Positions 36,778 through 51,700 of a stretch of DNA of 64,000 bases are shown one piece after another. Source of the DNA: Felis catus (lineage: Eukaryota); the NCBI RefSeq assembly GCF_018350175.1, contig NC_058368.1:210430001-210494000 (forward strand), read 5' to 3'. The notes below the pieces were generated by a model. That model had not been told where the DNA came from, made no database searches, and saw nothing but the letters and a program-made list of their open reading frames with translations. Made by a program: the position numbers and the translations under genes. Positions within the stretch are counted from its first letter, which is position 1, and every line of letters starts with the position of its first letter.

Positions 36778-39700
36778 AATTTTTCACCATTTGCTGTTTT
36801 CGAAGTATGTCCAGGAAAGCTCCTTATACTCTCATGCTGGAAATGGAGCCGTAATAGGTGTGCCTTGACAGTGTCAGGGATGGAAAGACCTTCCACTCAA
36901 CAAGCAATTTGTCCCAGGAATTTAACTGAGGTGCCATGCCTTGTGCTTTGTGTAGGGCAGCAGCACATCCCTCTATGTGAGTTGCTATGTGCGTGTTTGT
37001 GTCTTGACCGAATGGGCTCCACAAATCTCTGCAAAAGGAGGTTGTCCTCAAAGTACTGTCATACATGTGCTTCTGGAGAAAGTTAAATGTGGTTAAAGAT
37101 CTTGCCAGCAAAACTAGCGAGTAGGGCTGTTGAGGTAGTCCATGAGAAGCCAAGTTACAAGTTACTTGTACCCTTCAAAGGTGAAGGTGAAGAGACACTA
37201 GAGCTGAGAGCTTGTTGAAATAGGAATTAAACAGAATGTATTACCAAAGGTATGACTGTAAAGAATTTGTTAGTTTTAGATATAGTCAGTAATTTCAGTA
37301 AGATTGGAAATGGAGGCCATAATATGATCACAGAAATCCACTGAGAGGCTCCATTCATTCAGGGTTAAGAATAGTCAAGTTAGGCTATTAAATGGAGAAC
37401 TAGTGGGGATAATCACTTCTTTGTTAATGGATCCTTTACAAAAAGGGATTTAATCCTTGAAGGCACTCTATTAAAACTCTATTTTGTTGTATTAAAACTT
37501 TTAATATGTTGGGCAGATCCAATGAGTTCCCTTTCATCATGGTGTTAGTACTAAAACATTAATTTTATGACTTCTTATATAGGAGCAACCATAGCTACTG
37601 TGAGATAACAACCAATGGCTGTTATGGCTATGGGATATTTAATCCCAGTGGTTAAGACAGGGCATGCACCACTGTGCTCTATCTAATATTTTCTACCTCC
37701 TAACAGTATAGAGGTACTTTGATAAATTTTGGTGAGCTCTCATGATATATCTGTTATTTTCCCCAGTATTGACTAAGACGATTAAAGTTGGTCATTGGGG
37801 GGATCTCATCCAATGTTAAAAGTAATGTAGAGGGGCGCCTGGGTGGCGCAGTCAGTTAAGCATCCGACTTCAGCCAGGTCACGATCTCGCGGTCCGTGAG
37901 TTCGAGCCCCGCGTCGGGCTCTGGGCTGATGGCTCAGAGCCTGGAGCCTGTTTCTGATTCTGTGTCTCTCTCTCTCTCTGCCCCTCCCCCGTTCATGCTC
38001 TGTCTCTCTCTGTCCCAAAAATAAATAAAAATTAAAAAAAAAAGTAATGTAGAACCTCTGATGTAAGTCACAAAAGCCAATCTGTGTCCTTGCTCTGTTA
38101 TAATGTTTTTTAAAGTAATGTTAGTTGCCACATATGTCAAAACTGAGACCTCTGTTTTAATTTCTTTCCTGACTCTCCCATGCTGACATTTCCCATTTTT
38201 TGTCATTCCTTTCATTGTCATTATTTATACTTTGGGGGAGGGTATGCCTTTTAACCTGCTCATATTTATAAGTTCTTCCTCCAAATGTCCTAATTAGCAT
38301 CACCAAAGCTAAGGGCCTTCTTGCTGGTGATCTTAGAGAACTGAGATTAAGCTGAGTTTGAATTAACCCTTGAATTAACCCCATGAGGGTGTCATCAGTG
38401 TTTCCCTTATACTGTGTTAATCAAGGTTTTCTTTGAGCTGCAGAGATATCATGAGCAACAGTAGCAAAGGCATTTTCTCGGGTTCTAGTGCACCTTCTCC
38501 TTTTACAGTGTGGAGTTCATCAGATGGCATGGTGCTATCCTCCTCACACCGTTCAGTGGGCTTGTAAACTGGAATCAGTCTTAACTCAGAGCACTGTTTA
38601 TAATGGGGGCAGTCCTTGAGATGTACAACCATTGGTCATGCGGTTCTACCTAGCCTAGTGTCAATCACATGGTTCCTGCTGGAATCCAGAAACAAAGTGG
38701 ATTCTGACAGAGAAGATAGGTTTGTGTGAGACACATGACCAGGGCCACTTAAAGGCTAAACCTATCCTTTTGTTTCTAAATGCCAATTATGGAAGCCTCT
38801 GAGTGGGATGGAGGTGCAGGTTCCCCTCATGGGGTCTGGCTTGTTTGGCTGAAAATCTTGGTCACAGAGGGAGGTCGTGTTGAGGCTTTCTCCTCATTTT
38901 TCCAAGATATGTCCCAGAAGGTTAAGGAGGAAATGGAGCTTGAAAGCTGTCAACAGTCCAACTTCAAAAATGGTGCCAGACTCTTTAGTACACATGAGTT
39001 ATGGGGGAAATGTCGGAATGGTAAGTAGGACTGCAGGGGACTACTCTTGTTAACTTAGCCTTTGCCATATTTTTGGGTGAATGAAAAACCTTTGCATGTG
39101 TCACCTGTAAGTAATAAAAAATATCTCTTTTTTCCTAAAAAACAAAGGACTGGGGAGCTGGGATAAAATTAAATCTGTATTTAAATACAAAGTGTAGCAC
39201 TTACTATATGTACAACCGTGATGAATTATCTGACACTCCATTTATGTTTGTCTTCTCATCTGTAAAATGAAGAATATCTATACCTTTACATGAAAGCTTC
39301 AAATAGAACTTTACTTTTATTTAAGTTCTATATCATTCATTCAATTGAATAGAAGTAATTGAATTATTATAATGTTCTCAATAAATAGTATCAGATCCTA
39401 TGACTGAAGAAATGAAAAAGCAGGCAGAAAACCGAAAAACCCTCTAAAAGCAAACATGCAGATATATATAAAATTATTAGGATTAAAAAAAAACTATGGC
39501 ATCATGCCAAAATTATCTGCATTGTTGGACTTAATGACATATTTTTATTGGTGTTTTTAAAAATTTTTTATTTAGAAAAGAAGGAAAATGCATACCAAGT
39601 TATCAGTTGGCTTCTACCTGAGAATCATGAAAAAGAATTAAAGAAACATTTTGATTTCTATATTGAAGAAGCTTTGCATGGCAGGTAATTTCTTTTATTC

Positions 39701-42700
39701 TCTGATTGAAAGACTTACCATTTATAAAGTGATGTAAATAGATGGTTGGATGCATAGCTACTTAGAGTAAGTTTAAGAGAAAAGGATGGGTGGATGGATG
39801 GGTGGATGGATGGGGAGATCAATGATAGGGGGTAGGGATCGATGGAATAGATGAGTTTTTCACTTCCAATTATTTGGTCTGTGTAGTGTGCCTTTTCCAC
39901 TGAAATCATGAATGTATTTCTATATAGTCAGGCGATTGTTCCTTCTGGATCTTCCTGGCAGCCCTTCACCTACAATGTTTGTGTATATACTCTCCACAAC
40001 GCAGAAGGCAGGATAAACAACATAATTTCTGATTGTTGGTAGGCATATCAAAGCCACCATTTTATACTTACTTTTCCTCTCATCATGTAAACTCAAGAAT
40101 GGAAACATGTTGATGAGCATTGATTTTTTCCTACTTTGAGCCATTGTCTTTTAACTCATTTAAAAACCCAAATGCCTTGATGATACACATTGTGACATTA
40201 GCCTGAAAGTTTTCATCATTATCTGGGATGTATAGAAAGTTTTTTACCTTTGACAGAAGAGGGGAAAGACACATATTCATGCCTTCCTTGGTGAATTATA
40301 GTGGCCTAACTCCACCTGTCCCTTTTTCCTTAAAAATTTTATTCAGTCATCAAGGTGATCCTAAAATCTGGCTTTTGCCATAAAGCCTTTCTGCTTACCT
40401 AAACCAGAAGACCAAATTCTTCATCCAGAAGAGATGTGTTCTAAAATACTCTCTTGAAGCATTGTATATATCATCTTGTGTTGTTATTCATGATTTTTTT
40501 TATTATGTCTTATCTCTTTTTCCCCACTTCATTTCTTTGAAGACATGTTGCACCCACTTATTAAATATGGTGCAGCATGCTGAGCACAGTACCTTCCTGT
40601 ATTTTAATAGATTAACTTAATTTCAAATATGATGAATGCTGTTCTTTTGAGGAATTTGTAGTTCATTTCTTGAATTTATCCACACTATGTAGCAGTCATT
40701 CATTATGTAAAATCATTTAAAAATAGAGAATAATTTCAGTTAATCATCTATTGTCACTTGAAGTTTACAGTGCACGTGGACAACTACATATTACTAATGA
40801 GGTCTCACCTGTGGGGTTTCAGTGGGCTGACATGGTGTAGTATTAAATTCTTTCACTACTCCAGGAAAGATGGAATGGAAAGGGTAATAATAAGCTTGTT
40901 TGTTTTAACTTGTTTATCTCATAGGTTAGAAAAATATCAGTCTCAGGATTCTAATATTACCATCACAAAGTTCCTTGTGTCAGGCAATTTCTCAAATGCA
41001 GACTATATAAAATTTAAAGAAAAAAATAGGCTATATTATCAATACCGATGGACTGTGCTACAAGTTACTTCCACAGGTAGGCTGAGAAACAAGACAGTCG
41101 CTCACGAACTGGAGTGTACAGGTGAAAGTTAAAAAGAGCATCACAGAATGTGTCAAGTAGACATGGAACTGTGACGTCTGCTACAGTCAGAGATGGCTCC
41201 CAAACTGGATGGCTCTTGAATTGGCCTGGATGGGGTGGATGTGATCACTGGAGAAAAGGGAGGGAATGAAGTGAGAACATTTTAGGAAGCAGAAACCCCA
41301 GAACCAAGTGACTAGAGCAGAGTGTTCATTGGAGACTGGTAAAATAGGTGGGCAGCTGCCAATATGGTCTTACTTACTTGGGATATTTTCTTTGAACCAA
41401 AGATTCTCCTATATATTGTGAAATTACCACCTTCAATGAATATTTGTCATTACTGTTTTGTTGTTGTTTTTTGTTTTGTTTTTAACAGAGAAGCATTTGA
41501 CACCTTTGTAAAGTTAATGGAACAATTGGGGATTCAATGCAGTGATTTGCTAAGGAGAAGTGATATCATGGATTCTTTAAAAAATGAGAACTTTGACCTG
41601 GTATTTGTTGAAGCATTTGACTTCTGTTCTTTCCTGGTTGCTGAGAAGCTTGGGAAGCCATTTGTGTCAATTCTTCCCACCCCATTTGGCAGTGTGGACC
41701 TTGGGCTACCAAACCCGGTGTCTTATGTTCCGGTATTCCATTCCTTGCTAACTGACCGCATGGACTTCTGGGGCAGAGTGAGGAATTTTCTGATGTTCTT
41801 GGATTTCTTCTTAAGGCAATGGCGAATCCAGTCTACATTTGACAACACCATCAAGGAACATTTCCCGGAAGGCTCTAGGCCGGTTTTGTCTCATCTTCTA
41901 AAGAAAGCAGAGCTGTGGTTTGTTAACTCTGACTTTGCCCTTGAATTTGCTAGGCCCCTGCTTCCCAACACTGTGTATGTTGGAGGCTTAATGGCCAGAC
42001 CTGTTAAACCAGTACCACAAGTAAGTGAAACCTCAGCACTCAATAGGGACTTCATGCAGAGCTCTTCAGTGTAGAGTTGGTGGCTCCCTTGCCAGTGGAA
42101 ATTGAGAGTGAAGTAGGATGAGACAAACAAATTTTTCTAGTTTATTGTATTGTATTGTACTGTATTGAATTGTATTTTAAATTTAAGAAATTTTTGAAAA
42201 TATAATATGAATTATTGACAGTAGATACCATATTGTGCCTCAGATCTGTAGATCTTATTGATCTCATTTAACTTTATAACTCTTCCTCCATTAAATATTA
42301 ACTACCTTTTTTCTCTTTATCCCAACCCCTGATATACACATGAGAATGCAAATCCAATTTCCACTTTTTATTCTATGAACTTGACTATTGTAAGATGCTT
42401 CATATAAGTGAAATCCTGCAATGTTTGCTTTTCTGTGACTGGCTTATGTCACTTAGCATTATGACCTCAAAATGCATTCATGTTTTTATATATTGCAAAA
42501 TTTCCTTCTCTATTTCTTTTTTAAAGTTTATTTATTTTGAGAGACAGAGAGTGGGAGGTGGAGAGGGGCAAAGAGAGGATCCAAGGATGTTCCCCGCTGT
42601 CAGTGCAGAGTCTGATGCAGGGCTCCATCTCACCAACCATGAGATCATGATCTGAGCCAGTATCAAAAGTCTGATGCTTAACTGACTGAGCCACCCAGGT

Positions 42701-45700
42701 GCTCCCAAATTTCCTTCTTTAAAGACTAAATAGAATTCCACATGTATGTGTGTGTGTGTATAATTTCTTTAACCATTCATCTTTTCATGGACATTTAGAT
42801 TGTTTCAACATTGTGGCTATTGTGAATAGTGCTTCAGTGATTATGGGAATACAGCTATCTCTCTGAGATTCTGATTTGCATTCTCATGTGTATATACACA
42901 GAAATGGAATTGTTGGTTCATGTGCTGGTTCTATTTTTTTTTTTTTTTTGAAGAATGTGCATACTGTTTTCTATAGTGTCTGCACCATTTTGCATTCCCA
43001 AAAGCAGTATGCAAGGGTTGCAATGTCTCTATATGCTCAACATTTGTTGTCTTTTACTTCTTTTATAATAACCATACTGACAGGTATAAAGTGATACGTT
43101 ACTGTGGCTTTGATTTGCATGTCCCTGATTACTAGTGTTGTTGAGAATTTTTTCATATATCTGCTGGCGATTTGTATGTTGTGTTTGGATAAATGTCTAT
43201 TCAAGTCCTTAGCCTATTTTTTACTGAGGTTATAAGTTTTTTTTTTTTTTTTGCTATTGAGTTTTAGTCCTTTCCTATACATTCTAGAGATTAATCTCTC
43301 TCTTTCTCTCTCTTTTTTTAAAGTTTATTTATTTATTTTAAAGAGACAGAAACAGCCAAGCTGGGGAGGGGCAGAGAGAGAGAGGGAGAGAATCCCAGGC
43401 AGGCTCCATGCTGATAGCTACAGAGCCCGATGTGGGGCTTAACTCATGAACTGTGAGATCATGACCTGAGCCAAGATCAAGAGTCAGACGTTTAACCAAC
43501 TGAGTGACCCAGGTGCCCCCAGAGATTAATCTCTTATTAGGAATATGGTTTGCAAATATCTTCCATTTGTAAATGTCTCTTTACTCTGTTGATTGTTTCT
43601 TCTGCTGTGCAGAAACTTTTTAGTTTAATATAGTCTCACTTATTTTTGTTTATTGAGTTAATTTTGTTTCTGTTGCTTGTGCTTTATCATTGAACTCATT
43701 GCCAAGACCAATACCATGAAGTTTTTGCCCTGTTTTCTTCTATGAGCTTCACAGTTTCAGGTCTGGTGGGGAAGGGGCAGAGACAGGGGGACAGAGTATC
43801 TCAAGCGGGCTCTATGCTGACAGCAGTGAGCCTGGTATGGGGTTCAAACACACTAACTGTGAAATCATGACCTGAGCAGAAGTCAGATGCTCAACCAACT
43901 GAGCCACGCCCCCCGGTCTAATGTTTAAATTTTTAATCCATTTGAGTTTTTGTGTGGTGTAAGCTAGGGGTCCAATTTTATTCTTGTTCATGTAGCTATC
44001 CACATGACCTGGTTAGGGATTCTGGTGAGAGGGTGTTTTCATAACTATTCACTGGCTTTGGTGAGACTGGTTACACATTTGCCTTGGGTGCACTACTCTT
44101 TCATTTAGTTTCTGGATTCCTTACAAGGGAATTTGACCACGAAATATTGCTGAATTAGCATGTTTTTCAGGGGAAGGAGCATCCAGAGCTTCTTACTCTG
44201 TCATCTTGTTGATCCCAGGGTCCACTTTCAAGGAAGCCCTTGCTATAAAGGTCATGGAAGTACTGTTAGGTACATGGCTTTGATATTGCGAACCTCCTTA
44301 AATAATGGCCCTAAGCTCTTCCTATGTCTTACCCTCGTCCTAGCCTTGCTAAAAATGCTTCAATAAGTTGATATTTTAATTTCTACTTTTTATGATCATA
44401 TATAGAATAATTATGTAGTGAGAGGACACCGCAGTTAAGGATTTTAAAGGAGATTAGTTATCCATGATGAAATGTAAAAAAACTGAGACATAATGTAATG
44501 AGGCAGTAATGAGGCAGGATTGGGTGTGACTGACAAAACCTGCAGGCATAATCTCTAATGTCTCCTTCCTATAAAGGCCTGGTTCCTGACTCAGCCTAGA
44601 TTTTCTGATTTGATTGATCTTGGATTGGGTCTAGGTAATGTAATATTTACATGCTACCCAGGTGGTCTGAAGGGAGAGCCTGAACTCAGAACTACTGCTC
44701 TAGAAGTTTTGAAAAAGGTGGAGAGCTAAGATTAGTGGCTGCCTGTTGCCTGTAGGTAGGTACTTGGGTGTTATTGTATGGACATTATCTCATATATTGT
44801 ATGTCATGCCACCTTGAGATAACTGATGATCTCCAATTTTATAAATGAGAGGACAGACATTCATGTGATGTGCATATTATTCCCAGTACCATTTAGCTCA
44901 GAGCAGCAAAAGCCCAGATCTGACCTAGGCACCAAAATCTCTAACCTTCCCCTACTGATCTTGCATTGAGTGAACAGAAAAAGTTGGGGAATGATTCATG
45001 GGCAAAATGGACTTTGGTTCATGGTGGCATTTCTTAAGAAACAGAACTGGGAAGGAAGATACACCAGGTTGAAAGAACAGGTGGCCCCATGTGTGGAGGT
45101 ATAAGTAAGATGGCCATGAGGCTGGGTTCTCTTGGTGACACTGGCCAGACCAGTGTAGCTGAAGATTCAATTATACAAATAAAACTAGGCCAAAACACAG
45201 GCCTTACCTGACATGATGGTGGGTCAGGTCTTGGAAGTGAGACAGGAGTTATTAAGGAAGAGAATAATGGAAGTTACAGTATGTAATTCATGAGATAACA
45301 GATGCTTGCTTTGAACGATTTTTCTTCTCTCCTTTCCTACTTTTTCTATTGAGATCAAATAAACATATAATAAATTTTACCACTTTAGCCATCTTGAAGG
45401 GTATAGTCAGGGGTATTAAGAACATTCACATTGTTGTGCAACCATCACCTGCATCCATCTTTAGAACATCTTCCTCTTCGCAAATGGAAACTTCATACCC
45501 ACTCAATAGTGACTCATTATTTCCTCTGCATCCAGACCTTGGCAACCACTAGTCTCATGTTGTCTTTATGAATTTCACTACTCTAGGTGCATTATACGGG
45601 TGGAATCATACAACATTTGTTCTTCTGTGTTGGCTTGTTTCACTTTGCATAATGTTTTCAAGGTTCATGCATGTTGTAGCATGTGTCCAAATTTCTTTTC

Positions 45701-48700
45701 TTTTTAAAATGTTTATTTATTTGGGGGGGGGGGGTAGAGATGGAGGGCAGAGAGAGAGATCCCAAGCTGTCTCTTCACTGTCAGTGTAAGGCCCATGTGG
45801 TGACCAATCTCATGAACTGTGAGATCATTACCCGAGCTGAAATCAAAAGTCCAACGCTTAACTAACTGAGCCACCCAGGTGCCCCTGAATTTTAAGGCTG
45901 AGTACTATTTCACTGTATGTATATACCATATATTTTTTTTTATTTTTTTTTAACATTTATTTATTTTTGAGACACAGAGAGACAGAGCATGAACAGGGGA
46001 GGGGCAGAGAGAGAGGGAGACACAGAATCTGAAACAGAGTCCAGGCTCTGAGCTGTCAGCACAGAGCCCGACGCGGGGCTCGAACTCCCGGACCGCGAGA
46101 TCATGACCTGGCTGAAGTCGGACGCTTAACCGACTGCGCCACCCAGGCGCCACTGTATATACCATATTTTTAATGTATCCTTCTGTCCATAGACATCCTG
46201 GTTACTCCCAATTTTGGCTATTGTGAATAATGCTATGAACAATAGTGTTCACAAATATTTGTTTGAGTCTTTGCTTTTGATTCTTTTGGGAATATGCCAG
46301 GAAATGGAGTTTCTGGGGCATATGATAATTGTGTATTTATGTTTTTGAGAAACTGCCATGCAGTCATTCACAGTGGCTGCACCAGATTACCTTTCCACCA
46401 ACAATGCATAAGGACTCTAATTTCTCCACATCTTCACAAACACTTGTAATTTTATATATTTTTTTTGTTTTTTGTTTTTAAAAATTTTATTACTTACCAT
46501 CCTAATGGATGGGAAGTGGTGTCTCACTGTGGTTAGATAAAAATTTTCCTGATTAGTGAGGTTTACCATTTCCTAACCTGATTGGCAGTTTGTATCTCTT
46601 CTTTGTTCAATATCTGTTCAAGTCTTTGCCCATTTATGAATCATGTTTGTTTTTTGTATAGAGTAGTTCTTTCTATAATCTCTTATCAGATATGACTTGC
46701 AAATATTTCACCCATTCCCTGGGTTGCCCTTTCACTGTGTTGATAGTGACCTTTGATACACAAAATTTTTCTTTTTGATGTAATTTTTTATTATGTTGCC
46801 TGTGCTGTTGGTGTCTTATATGAGAAATCACTACCCAATACAATTACAATTATATGAAGATTTCTCTCTCTATTTTCTTTTAAGAGTCGTATGTGTATAG
46901 CTCAGATTTTTAGGTCTGTCATCCATTTTAAGTTGATTTACCATATGGTATAATGTAATGGTTGACTTTCAGTTTTTTGCATGTGGATATCCAGTTTTCT
47001 AATATCACTTGCTGAAAAGACTGTCTTTTACCTAATGAATGGTCTGGAACCTTCGTCAAAAGTTATTTGACCAAATATACCTGGGGTATTTCTGGACTTT
47101 CTATTTTATCTTATTGATCTACATATCTATCTTTTTTGTCATACTACACTATTTTGATTACTGTAGCTTCGTAGTAGCTCTGGTATCAGGGAATGTGGGA
47201 CCTCCAACCCTGTTCTTTTTTCCACATTGTTTTGGGTACTCATTGTTTTTGAAATTCCACATCAGCTTATGATAGGTTACTATTTTTGCCAGAAGCAAAT
47301 GTTGTTCACTATTGATAGAGATGCATGGTACCTGTGGATCACCTTGGGAAGTACTGGCATCTTTAAAGTATTAAGTCTTCTAATCCGTGAAACCTGAATT
47401 TTGTTTCCACTTATTTGTGTCTTCTTAATTTCCTTCAGCAGTGTCTTATAGTTTTCAACATAGTTCAATATAGTTACCTCCTTGGTTAAGTTTATTCCTA
47501 TTTTTTTATTCTTTGGATTGTATTGTGAATGAAATTGTTTTTCTAATCTCCTTCCTGAAATGGTCATTATTAATGTAATGCAATGGATATTCTGAGCTGA
47601 TTTTATTTCTGGCTACTTTCCTAAATTTCTTTACTAGTCATGACAAATTTTTTTGTGTGTGTGAGAGAGGAAACTTAGGATTGTCTGCATATTATATCTT
47701 GTTATGTGCCATTATTTCTTGGTGCAATCTTTCTATTCTTTCCTCTCTCATTCTCTTGAGAACTCCATAATGCATATATTAATCTACACAAAGGGGTCCT
47801 GTGAGTCCCTCACACTGTGTTCATTTTTTTGCCCTTTCTACTTTTTTCTCTTTAGACTTGACACTTTAGATGTCCTGTCTTCAAGTGTACTAAGTCTTTC
47901 TTCTGTCTATTTTGGTCTGCATTGAACTACCCTAGTGAATTTTTCAATTCAGTGATTGTATTTTTTGTTTTGATTTTTTTTGCTTTTTCTGAAAAATAAT
48001 TTCTGTCTCTTGTTGCTATTATTCTCTATTTGTTCATATATTGTCTTCCTGATTTCCTTTAGACCTTTATCCACTTTTTTTGGCTCTTTGTGCATATTTA
48101 GTCAATTTAAAAGTCTTTGTTTAGTAAACCCAATGTCTGTTTCTTCAAAGAGGGTTCCTGGAGATTTATTTCATTCTTTTAAATGACACATTTTGGCTTT
48201 TAGTCTCTCTCTTTTTGTAATATGTTTTGTGATCTTTTGTAGAAAGTTGTGGGCATTTGTAAAACCAGTCACCTCTAGTTGTGTTTGCAGGCTGCCATGG
48301 AACACCTTCACTAGTTAGTGGGGAATGTTTAATACTTTGGATAAGCCAGGACAGACAACTTAAAGTCTCCTTAGGTATTTTCTGAGCATTTTTCCTGTCT
48401 GGACCTTTGTGTATGCATTCATTCATCTGATTCTTCCTGTATACTTGGCCAATTTTAATGTCTTTAGTACCCAAAGAGTCTTACCCAGATTCTTCTCAGG
48501 GACATAGGTGTTTTGTTTGTCTTGCCCAAGATTCTAAATTCTGCAGTATCCCTGCAGATTTTACATGGCATTGTGCCCTCTATTGCCTTGCAAGACTCCC
48601 ACCAACCTGATATCTGAGCTATATTGCCATTTCCCGTCAGAGCTCTGAGCCTGGTGAGATCTTAACTTGTCAGCTGGGAGCCTACAGAGTGGCTACAATG

Positions 48701-51700
48701 TTGCAAATTATTTCATTTCTTCTCCTCTTACAGAAGGCAGGGCTACCACTGCTGCCTCTGGACCATGGCATGCCACTTCAGGAAGAGTGTGGGTCCAGAA
48801 GAGTAAAATTGCCATGGAAATTCTCACCATTCTGAGTGTGTGTGTTTTTTTCTTCCTGAATGGGCATCTGTTTGGTTTCTGTATATCACTGACTATTTTC
48901 CCAAGTCGTATAAAATTATCTGAGTGAGTCTTTAGCCTTTTTTATCCTTTTGTTTTTTCTGTGGGGAGCTGGGAGTACTCAGCTTCTTATTATGATGTCG
49001 TGCTCTGCCTTTGCCAATTTTAAATTATAGATTTACACTGATCTTGTAAATGTCAAGTGACAACAAAGCTGGTTTTTACTGGTCCTTTGGGATGATAGTT
49101 TTTATAGTGTTGTGCTGGATGGAGTTAAGAAGGGTTAGAATGGTACAACGAGGTAAGCTGGAGACAGTCAACAAATGCAGAGGAAGGAAGGTTGACAAAG
49201 GATATGAAACTGATTTTTAGGGTGTTAGATCATGAACTTCTTTAAGAATCATCTAGGGTGGCTATGTGCTAATTAAAATCAGACAAAATGGACCAATGTC
49301 AAACCTTTTACAGGATATAAAAGGTATTTTATAATGTGTCTAATGTAACAAAATCAATCAGCATAATGCAACACATTAATAGAATGAAGAGAATTTTTAA
49401 AAAGCTCATCATTTCAAGAGATGCAGAAAAAATATTTGACAAAACTAACGTCCTTTCATGATAACAACAGTCACAAAGCTAGGAGTAAACAGGTATTTTT
49501 TGAACACGATAAAGAGTATTTATGGAACACTGACAGCTTTAACATCATACTCTATGGGATAGACTGAAATCCCGCTGCCTCAGATGGGTAGTCTAAGATG
49601 CCCGCTTACATCACCGCTATTCAAATATACCCTACACAAAGCAAGTAGGCAAGAAAAAGAAATAAAAGGCATCCGAATTGGAATGGACAATGTAGAAATG
49701 GTTTGATATTCATATGACATAATCTTGTATATAGAAAATCCCAATGAATTCATATAACTTGTGTTTTCATACACTGGCTATGAACAATCTGAAAATGAAA
49801 CCAAGCAAATTATTCTATTTACAACAACACCTAATTAAACTGAGGAGGCGAGAGACACATACAGTGGACACTACAAATTTGCTGAAAGAAATTAAGGAAG
49901 ACCTAAATAAATGGAAAGACATCTCAAGACCATGAATTGTGATACTTAATGTTGTTAAGAGAGCAATACTACTCAAAGTGATCTACAAGTTTTACCTAAG
50001 CCTTATCAACACTTGAGTGGCTTTATTATTACTTTTTTTTCTTTTTTGCAGAAATGGAAAAGCCAGTCTTCATCTCACATTGAAATGTAATGGAATGCAA
50101 GTAGCCAAATCAACATGAAAAGAACAGTGTTCAATGACACACATCTGTGACCAATTCATTTGTGACAAGGGCGCCAAGAGCAATCAATGGAGAGAACAGT
50201 CTCTTCAGCAAATGGTGCTGAAACCACTGGATATTCATTCCCATGAAAGAGAATATATTCCAAGCCTTCCTCACACCATACACGAAAATCAACTCAAAAT
50301 GGATCAATGGCCTAAAGAAAGAGCTAAAAGCCAAAAAGTTCTTAGAAGAAAAGAAAGGGCTAAAATGCATGGACTTGGACTTGGCAATGAATTTGTAGAT
50401 GTGACATTGAAAGAATGAATAACAAAAGAAAAAATAGATAAATTTGACTTCATCAGAATTAAAATCTTCCAGAGAAGCTTCTCCCGAAGCTTTTAATTAA
50501 AGGGGACATTTTATAGAAAATGAAAGGACTACCTCTCAGGTACCAGGCGAGTATGTACTCTCTTGCTGCTTTTCATCCTCATCTTGGAGGTCCTAAGAAA
50601 GTAGTAGGAGAAAGAAAAAGGAATAACAATCATGTAGATTAGGCAGGAAGAGTTAAAACTGTTCTTTCTCACAGATGACATGATGGTCTATTTAAAAAAT
50701 CTGAAAGGTCAAGAAAAATATTTCTGGAACTAGCAAGCAAGTAAAGTAACATCAAAGCATACAAGTTTAATATAAAAAATCCATCTTTTTCTTGTATATC
50801 AGCAATGAACAGGAGGATGTGAAATTAAAACCATTCTACTATTTATATTTCACCACTAAATATGAAATCTTGGGAATAAGTACTAACAAAACATGTACAA
50901 GATTTATATGGAGAAAACTACAAAATGCTGATGGAAGAAATCAAAGAGCTAAATAAATGGAGAGATACTCCATATTTATGGGTAGGAAGACTCACTATTG
51001 CTAGGTGTTAGTCATCTCCAATTGGATCTATAGATTCCGTGCAATCCTACTGAAAATCACAGCAAATTATCAATTGTCGATATTGATAAGCTGATGCTCA
51101 GATTTGCATGGAGAGGCAAAAACCCTGAAGGGCCAACACAATATTGAAGATGAAGAGCCAAGTTGGAAAACTGACATTAGTCATCTCCATGACTTATGAA
51201 ATGGCTAAAGTAATCAAGACAGTGTGCTATAAGCAAAAGAACAGACAAATAGATCAATGTACTAAGAATAGAGAGTATACATAGATCCACACAAATTTAG
51301 TCAAATGATCTTTGACAAAGCTTTAAAAGAAGTACCATGAAAAGAAGACAGTCTTTCCAACAAATGGACACAGTTCTTACATCTTCAAACAAATTAACAC
51401 AAAGTGGGTCACAGACCTGAACATAAAATGCAAAAGTATGAAATTCCTATGAGGTGACATAGGAGAAAGTAGATGACGAAGTGCTTGGTGATTGTTTTTA
51501 GATATAAAATCTAAGGAATGTTCTATGATAGGGTTGATAAGTTGGCTGAATTTATTTTAAAAATAAAGAAGGTGTGGTTTCTGTATACAATGTAATACTG
51601 CTTGGCAATTTGCATTTGCAGCAACGTGGATGGAACTGGGAGGTATTATGCTAAGTGAAATAAGTCAATCAGAGAAAGACATATATCATATGTTTTCACT

